Program-made: the position numbers and the translations under genes
Shown here: positions 7,501 through 12,364 of the stretch, in pieces
How the letters are laid out: each line of letters starts with the position of its first letter
Position numbering within the stretch: the first letter of the stretch is position 1
NCBI GenBank assembly: GCA_043718025.1
Contig: JAYSWN010000072.1
Span: 1-12,364 of the forward strand
DNA: 12,364 bases
Origin: Pseudomonadota bacterium
GTDB lineage: Bacteria > Bdellovibrionota > FAC87 > UBA2466
Direction: 5' to 3'
Notes under the pieces: model-generated
The model's input: only the letters and a program-made list of their open reading frames with translations
What the model was told of the DNA's origin: nothing
Database searches by the model: none

Positions 7501-8982
7501 ATTGGCCTGGGTGAGGGCGGTAGAATTTTGCAGCCGCTGGGCATCGCGGTGTCGGGGGGGCTATGGGTTTCAATGGGGCTGACGCTCTTTTTGGTTCCCG
7601 CTCTGCAGGTGAGTTATCTCGAATGGCGAAGCCGTGAAAATACCGGCGATGGCTTCTGGATGCGAATTTTTAGCCTGGTGAAATGGCGGCGAAACACTGG
7701 AACCGTTCCGGCGGCATTTTTTCTCGCGGTTCTGGGCACTTTTTGGAGTCAGACCGTAGTGGCCGCGCCGGCTTCGTTCGAAGCCGCTTTGCAAACAATT
7801 GTAGAACGACATCCAGATGTTGGCATTGAAAAGGCGGCGCTAAATTCGTTAGAGAGTAAAAATCTGTCGTCGCATTTAAGTCTGCTTCCGAGCATTTCCT
7901 TGTTTGCTCGGCAACGTAATGACGAAGCCTTTAGTGCCACTTCGGTAAAAAAGGGCGTAGGCCTTTCGGCAGACATCAATATTTTAAAGTTTGGTGCCGA
8001 CGTGGCGGCCATGCGCGCTGCTTCCGCCGAAGAGTCGGCACAAGAGGCCAGTGTGGTGCTGTCGGTGCTGAAAGTCGAAGCCTTGGGCGTAAAGGCACTG
8101 GCGGCGACCATTCAAGCCGAGTTGGAATTTGGCGTGCAGAAAAAAATTGTAACGATGTGGGAGGACTACCTCAAAATAGCTAGGCAGCGTTACCAGCAGG
8201 GGCGACTGGCTTCGCAGGAGGCCGACAAGGTAGAAATTGATTTTGAAAATGCCCGCGCCCAAATGCGGGATGCGGAGTCGAATGCGGTGAGCGCCCACGC
8301 CGAATTAACCGCCTATCTCGGCCAGCCGGAAGTCGAAGTGAGTTGGCCGTGGCGTGCGCTTTTAGAAGGGTACGCCGAAAAGGGGATCGCCGAACCGGGA
8401 ATAGACCTGTCGCGCCGGCCCGATTGGATTGCCGCCGAAAAGCGCAGCGTGGCCGTGGGGCATCGCGAGTCTCAAGCATTGGGTAACGCCCTGCCTTCGC
8501 TAGACGCCAATTTCACCTACGGCTACTTTGATAACCGCATGGCGGGCGTAAGTTCGAACGGCCCCGAGTGGTCAGCAAGTGTCGCCTTAACTGTGCCGCT
8601 CTTTGATAGGCTAACGAAATACGGAGATTACCGGGCAATGGTGCACCGTCGCGCCGGGGCAGAATTGGAATGGGAAAAGACAAAACGCTTCGCCAAAGCT
8701 GACTGGGAGGCGGCGGTGGGATCGCTAAACGTCTCGCTAAAAACCGCCCACGCTCGCGAAGGCACCGTGGCATTGGCCCGGCGGCTCTATGAAGATAATT
8801 TAAAACGTTTTCGCCAGGGGCTTGCCGCAGTTACCGAGGTTAGCGTAGACCAAGACCGCCTGTACCGCGCCGAAATCTTAGCGATTCGGGGCTGGAACGC
8901 CGCCCACCTGAATTTGGTTCGTTTTTGTCACGCCAAAGGGGACCGTGTGGCCATTTGCCTGAGGAGCGCCTCGGCAAAGTAA
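4534..8982 (+). CDS. RND efflux permease (AcrB/CzcA superfamily) fused in frame to a C-terminal TolC-family outer-membrane factor
   Basis: 1482 aa with a TTG start overlapping the MFP stop. aa 1 to ~1030 carry RND motifs: LPVSLFP, LFLFIGSVR...IPLS, NLISLGGLALSAGMNVDGSVVVMENI, FQFGSFAEPLLVLVSIPLG, RLRPILITSLTTVLGMLP, LQPLGIAVSGGL, LTLFLVPAL. aa ~1078-1482 carry two OEP-like repeats: LLPSISL / ALPSLDANF, RYQQGRLAS / RFRQGLAA, RRPD, LTVPLFD. Confidence 0.92.
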   Translation: MSKLYSSPLRVYLMLGFLGLLGIYAGFNLPVSLFPNSSKPVVWFSIPYGNLTSEEFLNTHGKAIENQVRGITVDKAEVEVIQAFYGRHSAEFEVFFKWGAIPNTALKEVQTLVNSYVARLSDESRDGLRLWLNNENSGFFAVSFFSETRDLDDLYDYLEPLIGPKIAKVKDAQDPVLWNPSSKEVRVEFNPNTMAALGLFPRDVDQAIATSLGGRNGGALTIGNSRLQVEMPRQLQKAEDLKHVPIISPAGRMVHLGDFAHISVGPKTQDSKSFKTNGAPSLILFATPRPGGNVKRMSEELLQVVTELMPTLPKDIQYRVLVDPSEFIRSAVENVFHEVAIAALLAVFILFLFIGSVRNVITAAIEIPLSMILAFILMRWTGMNLNLISLGGLALSAGMNVDGSVVVMENIFRHFELEPGPHDAPSRLRLVMKAVSEVRFPIIASTIASLVVFLPLTLTSDLSYAILGDLAYAVVFSHGFSAIVALLLVPTVRLHLMQSGKDVGHSHSPIEKQLKGLESWYGRTLGRFLLAPKFRLGSYAGLSLALVLLVLLVIPRLPKEIVGVPDTDWMVLSINTEGNTLVKQMEVQTEEIEKQLLTEFGSKVRYTFSQVRDPNRGNLMARLKNKGEMREVWKALEKRFTNTPLLRFWVGPWNPSELPIPNPPDMRIAVRGGTLLDRASVAKEINDLMEEKKVFPRIEMQPKADMTFSLVLSPYNEQWESLRQQGARFSAGDLADLVRVATQGRRTAYLPLKDRQTEIVFQFPQNYATSVEDVAALPVGVSSKIIPLKALARVERQEALPSLFREDQRELFVVKGRVPSNELKKDTAPYLAKAKLAVAEWESKRPKPVPGAVAPTVTFEEASTELKDAIHQLSVALALSVVLIFLTMLFQFGSFAEPLLVLVSIPLGFIGVLISLFVFGSTLSLNSILGVILLNGISVANSIILVDFIKRLVDSGMSPKEAAIEAAQKRLRPILITSLTTVLGMLPVAIGLGEGGRILQPLGIAVSGGLWVSMGLTLFLVPALQVSYLEWRSRENTGDGFWMRIFSLVKWRRNTGTVPAAFFLAVLGTFWSQTVVAAPASFEAALQTIVERHPDVGIEKAALNSLESKNLSSHLSLLPSISLFARQRNDEAFSATSVKKGVGLSADINILKFGADVAAMRAASAEESAQEASVVLSVLKVEALGVKALAATIQAELEFGVQKKIVTMWEDYLKIARQRYQQGRLASQEADKVEIDFENARAQMRDAESNAVSAHAELTAYLGQPEVEVSWPWRALLEGYAEKGIAEPGIDLSRRPDWIAAEKRSVAVGHRESQALGNALPSLDANFTYGYFDNRMAGVSSNGPEWSASVALTVPLFDRLTKYGDYRAMVHRRAGAELEWEKTKRFAKADWEAAVGSLNVSLKTAHAREGTVALARRLYEDNLKRFRQGLAAVTEVSVDQDRLYRAEILAIRGWNAAHLNLVRFCHAKGDRVAICLRSASAK
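7660..7764 (+). other. Internal signal-peptide-like linker between the RND and OMF moieties
   Basis: MRIFSLVKWRRNTGTVPAAFFLAVLGTFWSQTVVA|AP has a basic n-region, a hydrophobic h-region and a polar c-region ending in V-x-A. Confidence 0.6.
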
Positions 8983-8990
8983 ACTATTTT

Positions 8991-8994
8991 GGAG
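8991..8994 (+). promoter_or_regulatory. Shine-Dalgarno (GGAG) for the ABC-F gene
   Basis: GGAG lies 5 nt upstream of the ATG at 9000. Confidence 0.6.
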
Positions 8995-8999
8995 TAAGT

Positions 9000-10580
9000 A
9001 TGATTAGCACAACAGATCTGTCATTGGCCTTTGCCGGGCGCCGCCTTTTCGACAACGTGAACGTAAAGTTTGTGGCCGGTAATTGTTATGGATTAATCGG
9101 GGCCAACGGCGCCGGAAAATCTACCTTTCTCAAAATTTTGGCCGGGCTAGAAACCCCCTCTTCGGGCACGGTAGCCATCACCCCGGGCGAGCGGCTCTCT
9201 TTTTTGCGGCAGGACCACTTTGCCTTCGACGACCGCACGGCTTTAAAAACCGTGATCATGGGCCAACCCAAACTCAACTCGTTAATTGAAGAGCGAGAAG
9301 CACTTTACGCTAAAGCTGAGTTTTCGGATGCCGACGGCGACCGTGCCGCCGAGCTGGAGTCTGAATTTGGCGACATGAATGGCTGGAACGCTGACTCTGA
9401 TGCGGCCACCATGCTCTCGGGGCTGGGAATTGATACCGAGCTGCACGAAACTAAAATGAGTGAGCTCAACGGCTCGCAGAAAATTAAGGTACTTCTGGCC
9501 CAGGCGCTATTTGGAACTCCCGACATTCTTTTACTCGACGAACCTACCAACCATTTAGACTCTGAGGCCATTCGCTGGTTAGAAGATTTTTTGTACGACT
9601 TCGAACAAGTAGTGATCGTGGTCTCCCATGATCGTCATTTTTTGAACAAAGTCTGCACCCACATGGCCGACATCGACTTTGGTAAGATTGAGCTCTATTC
9701 GGGTAACTATGATTTTTGGTATGAGTCGAGCCAGCTCGCGCTGCGTCTGCAACAGGAAAAAAATCGTAAGTCCGACGACAAGGCCAAAGAGTTAAAAGAG
9801 TTTATCGCCCGATTTAGCGCCAACGCGTCTAAGTCAAAACAGGCCACTTCACGCAAGAAGCAGCTTGAAAAGTTGACCCTCGATGACATCAAGCCTTCTT
9901 CTCGCAAATACCCGTTCGTTGGCTTTAAGCCCGAGCGCGAGGCGGGGGATCAGCTTTTGAAAGTAGAAAACTTATCGAAAGTGATCGACGGCAAAGAGAT
10001 CTTAAGCAACGTCACCTTTACGATCAAAAAGAACGAGAAGGTGGTTTTTGTAGGCGACGAAATCGCTAGCTCCACTTTATTTGAAATATTGGTGGGCAAT
10101 CTTTTACCCGACTCTGGAACGTTCAATTGGGGAATCACCACGTCGCAGGCCTACTTTCCCAAGGAGAACGCCAAATTTTTTGAGCGCAACGACATGAACC
10201 TGATTGACTGGCTTCGGCAGTATTCAGACGAGAAAAGCGAAACGTTTATTCGGGGCTTTTTAGGGCGAATGCTTTTTTCCGGTGAAGAGACCTTGAAAAA
10301 GGTGTCGGTGCTATCCGGAGGCGAAAAGGTACGCTGCATGCTTTCGCGTATGATGCTTGGTTCGGCCAATGTGCTTTTGCTCGACGGCCCCACCAACCAT
10401 CTCGATTTGGAATCGATTACCGCGGTTAACAATGGACTGGTGCGATTTGCCGGCACCATCTTGTTCACCTCGCACGATCATCAGTTTAACCAGACCATTG
10501 CGACGCGAGTGATTGAACTCGTGGCGTGGGGTGCCGAGAGTCACGAGATGTCGTACGATCAGTACTTAGAACAGAAGTAG
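9000..10580 (+). CDS. ybiT: ABC-F family ATP-binding protein (ribosome-associated, YbiT/YkpA subfamily)
   Basis: 526 aa from ATG 9000, with two ABC domains and no TM segments. Motifs: GANGAGKST, LLLDEPTNHLD, VSHDRHFLN, YSGNYDFW, linker FIARFSANASKSKQATSRKK, LSGGEKVRC, LLLDGPTNHLDLESI, SHDH. The subfamily call rests on recalled similarity. Confidence 0.9.
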   Translation: MISTTDLSLAFAGRRLFDNVNVKFVAGNCYGLIGANGAGKSTFLKILAGLETPSSGTVAITPGERLSFLRQDHFAFDDRTALKTVIMGQPKLNSLIEEREALYAKAEFSDADGDRAAELESEFGDMNGWNADSDAATMLSGLGIDTELHETKMSELNGSQKIKVLLAQALFGTPDILLLDEPTNHLDSEAIRWLEDFLYDFEQVVIVVSHDRHFLNKVCTHMADIDFGKIELYSGNYDFWYESSQLALRLQQEKNRKSDDKAKELKEFIARFSANASKSKQATSRKKQLEKLTLDDIKPSSRKYPFVGFKPEREAGDQLLKVENLSKVIDGKEILSNVTFTIKKNEKVVFVGDEIASSTLFEILVGNLLPDSGTFNWGITTSQAYFPKENAKFFERNDMNLIDWLRQYSDEKSETFIRGFLGRMLFSGEETLKKVSVLSGGEKVRCMLSRMMLGSANVLLLDGPTNHLDLESITAVNNGLVRFAGTILFTSHDHQFNQTIATRVIELVAWGAESHEMSYDQYLEQK

Positions 10581-10582
10581 AT

Positions 10583-11512
10583 TTGGCTAAACGGTTTCAA
10601 AAGGTAAATATCGAGATCAGCAACATCTGCAACTTGCAGTGTAGCTTTTGTCCCCCGGTTAACCGTAAAAAGGGGATGATGGAACCGGCGCTTTTTGCCG
10701 ACATTATTCGCGCCGTGGCCCCGCTCACCGAACAGGTCTGTTTTCATTTGATGGGCGACCCGCTAGTGCACCCTGAATTGACGACGCTACTCGACATCTG
10801 CCAACGGCATGCCACGCGCGTATTTTTTGTTACCAATGGGGTTCTGCTCAGCGATAAAGCCGCCGTCCTGCTTATGCATCCGGCCCTTCGACAAGTTAAT
10901 TTTTCTCTGCACAGCTTTCACGATAACTACGGTGACAAAGACCCAACCCCCTACCTGCAAAAGATTTTTGCATACACTGAACGCGCTTTTGAAATTAGGC
11001 CCGATCTCTATATCAATTACCGAATTTGGAATTTGCAAGAAGCGCGCGGTAGCACCGTGATGCAAACGGATATTCTTTCGGCCGTTGAAAAGCGTTTCGG
11101 AGTCACCGTAAATCGTGACCCCAACGTGCGGCACCGTAAAGGGCACCGCCTTAAGCATCGGCTTTATGTTCATTACGACACTGAATTTGTCTGGCCTGAT
11201 TTGAATCTGCCGCTACTCGGTGAAGAGGGGCGCTGCCATGGACTCAGCACCCATTTCGGAATTTTGGTGGATGGCACGGTGGTGCCTTGTTGTTTAGACA
11301 AAGAAGGAAAGATTGCTCTGGGAAACGTAACCTCGGCGCCGCTTACCCAGATTCTGGATTCTCCGCGCGCTAAGGCCATGGTTACCGGTTTCCAAAACGG
11401 GAAGTTGGTCGAAGAACTTTGCCGTCGTTGTCAGTACATTGAGCGTTTTCCGAAACTAAAGAAAAACCTACGGGCTAGCGATGAAAATTCGGCACGGGGA
11501 ATTGGGGCATGA
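10583..11512 (+). CDS. Radical SAM protein with a C-terminal SPASM/twitch-type Fe-S domain
   Basis: Likely TTG start at 10583, 2 nt after the ABC-F stop (MAKRFQKVNIEISNI..., 309 aa). CNLQCSFC is a CxxxCxxC motif (10628-10651), followed by MGDPLVHP, VTNG and C-terminal CHG...GILVDGTVVPCCLD...LGNV...LCRRC. Confidence 0.88.
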   Translation: MAKRFQKVNIEISNICNLQCSFCPPVNRKKGMMEPALFADIIRAVAPLTEQVCFHLMGDPLVHPELTTLLDICQRHATRVFFVTNGVLLSDKAAVLLMHPALRQVNFSLHSFHDNYGDKDPTPYLQKIFAYTERAFEIRPDLYINYRIWNLQEARGSTVMQTDILSAVEKRFGVTVNRDPNVRHRKGHRLKHRLYVHYDTEFVWPDLNLPLLGEEGRCHGLSTHFGILVDGTVVPCCLDKEGKIALGNVTSAPLTQILDSPRAKAMVTGFQNGKLVEELCRRCQYIERFPKLKKNLRASDENSARGIGA

Positions 11513-12068
11513 GGCTCTGTTCCACTTCGCTTAGCCGTTGCACGTCTTCTTGCGTACGCTGAATGATTGTGACGATGGTTTTTACATCGGCCCACTCCAG
11601 CATTTTGAGCCTGGCCAGAGCATCGTTGCGCAGGCTTGAAGCGGCCGATTCGTCGCCCAACATTAGGCGGCCGACCTTGGCCGACCAGCTGTCTAGCGTG
11701 TCTAAATAGAAGAACAACAGTTCATCTCGGCACAATTCGGTAAGTGCTTTGTTGCTGTCGTGAAACGAGATCATGGTAACCCGCCGATCTCTTTCTTCGC
11801 AACCTAAGGTGCGCCCCTTGGTTTCAACCCAACGGACCAGCTTTTTATCGAAGCTGGTCAGGCTGCTCTCTTTGGATCGGATGATGGCTTTGAATTGGGA
11901 AAAGAGCCTGAGCCAGTCGCCGTACCGGCTTATCACCGCGGCTTCGAGCGCCAATCTAAAAAGCGATAGCGAGGTGCCTTCATCGCTGCGGTTTGAGGCT
12001 TTTACTTCGCGTAACGATTTTAGGGCTAGATCCGAAAGGGTGATGACTAAGGATGAACTACGAAACAT
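11475..12068 (-). CDS. Hypothetical protein (197 aa, appears soluble and mostly alpha-helical)
   Basis: Long open frame with ATG at 12068, preceded by GGAGGT at 7-nt spacing and by a sigma54-like promoter. No recognisable motif. Its 3' end overlaps the rSAM gene by 38 nt. Confidence 0.75.
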   Translation of the reverse strand: MFRSSSLVITLSDLALKSLREVKASNRSDEGTSLSLFRLALEAAVISRYGDWLRLFSQFKAIIRSKESSLTSFDKKLVRWVETKGRTLGCEERDRRVTMISFHDSNKALTELCRDELLFFYLDTLDSWSAKVGRLMLGDESAASSLRNDALARLKMLEWADVKTIVTIIQRTQEDVQRLSEVEQSLMPQFPVPNFHR

Positions 12069-12075
12069 GCGACCG

Positions 12076-12081
12076 ACCTCC
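12076..12081 (-). promoter_or_regulatory. Shine-Dalgarno GGAGGT
   Basis: Minus strand reads GTGGAGGTCGGTCGC-ATG. Confidence 0.75.
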
Positions 12082-12100
12082 ACCTTGTGCTTAGTACTTC

Positions 12101-12116
12101 AGCAAGCCACATGCCG
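12101..12116 (-). promoter_or_regulatory. Putative sigma54 (RpoN) -24/-12 promoter
   Basis: Minus strand reads CGGCATG-TGGC-TTGCT against consensus TGGCACG-N4-TTGCW, with exact GG-N10-GC spacing. This predicts a TSS near 12090, just upstream of the SD. Confidence 0.7.
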
Positions 12117-12172
12117 AATTATTACCCGGTGTATTCACGCTTGGAATACGAAGGTGTCTTAAAGATCTCATG

Positions 12173-12284
12173 CCTACGCGCTTCTCAAAGGTGCCCAAAC
12201 GCGCTTTTTACTGACGCCGAGGTTCTTTTTTGCGCGAGGCTTCGATTGGAGTGGGTTGTTTCCTACGAGAGTTTCTCAAAAGTG
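12173..12284. repeat. Imperfect direct repeat pair CCTACG-N3/5-TTCTCAAARGTG
   Basis: Copies are 12173-12193 (cctacgcgcttctcaaaggtg) and 12262-12284 (cctacgagagtttctcaaaagtg). The 12-nt cores are 11/12 identical and 91 nt apart. Confidence 0.4.
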
Positions 12285-12320
12285 GTATTTCGCCGTCATT
12301 GCGTCTATGGAAAAGGAACA

Positions 12321-12360
12321 CAAGGGAAAAAGACTCCCCTGACAAGAGCTAGGCCCTTGT
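12321..12360 (-). terminator. Tandem hairpins, possible terminator or structured RNA element
   Basis: Minus strand reads ACAAGGGC-CUA-GCUCUUGU, then CAGGGGAG-UCUUU-UUCCCUUG (both fully paired with G-U), followed by UGUUCCUUUU. Context is cut by the window end. Confidence 0.3.
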
Positions 12361-12364
12361 TTTT

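Noticed and set aside
8925..8999. ORF-track 5' extension of the ABC-F gene
   Set aside because: It overlaps the RND-OMF gene and has no family similarity. The ATG at 9000 has an SD and a typical ABC-F N-terminus.
10526..10582. ORF-track 5' extension of the radical SAM gene
   Set aside because: It overlaps the ABC-F end. The family-like N-terminus (KRFQKVNIEI) begins at TTG 10583.
2400..11379. Numerous short antisense or alternative-frame ORFs (e.g. 2874..3353, 5383..5799, 6348..6758, 10787..11173)
   Set aside because: They lie inside well-supported genes, are mostly antisense shadows and show no motifs. The His run in 5383..5799 is just the reverse complement of Val codons (GTG).
11773..12162. 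129-aa + strand ORF
   Set aside because: It is the antisense shadow of the minus-strand gene, which has the SD and promoter support.
10583..12364. RiPP precursor peptide for the radical SAM/SPASM enzyme
   Set aside because: No small ORF with an SD, no RRE/PqqD domain and no peptidase is visible nearby.
1..12364. CRISPR arrays, tRNA/rRNA, IS elements, integrases, tandem repeats
   Set aside because: None seen. The window is almost entirely coding, and the short intergenic regions contain no regularly spaced repeats.

Overview
Bacterial (diderm) chromosomal window with eight protein-coding genes. I found no RNA genes, mobile elements or CRISPR arrays. Left part: the 3' end of an unknown gene, an AftB-like (GT-C fold) membrane glycosyltransferase on the minus strand with a good sigma70-type promoter, and a divergent WcaL-like GT4 glycosyltransferase. 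Centre: a tightly packed + strand operon encoding a periplasmic adaptor (MFP), a 1482-aa RND permease fused in frame to a TolC-like outer-membrane factor, a YbiT/YkpA-type ABC-F ATPase and a radical SAM/SPASM-twitch protein. Right: a convergent 197-aa hypothetical gene with a strong Shine-Dalgarno and a near-consensus sigma54 promoter. The most unusual element is the efflux pump. Its RND and OMF are one polypeptide joined by what looks like an internal cleavable signal peptide, and its adaptor lacks the alpha-helical hairpin that normally docks on the OMF. All calls come from reading motifs by eye; no database searches were run.
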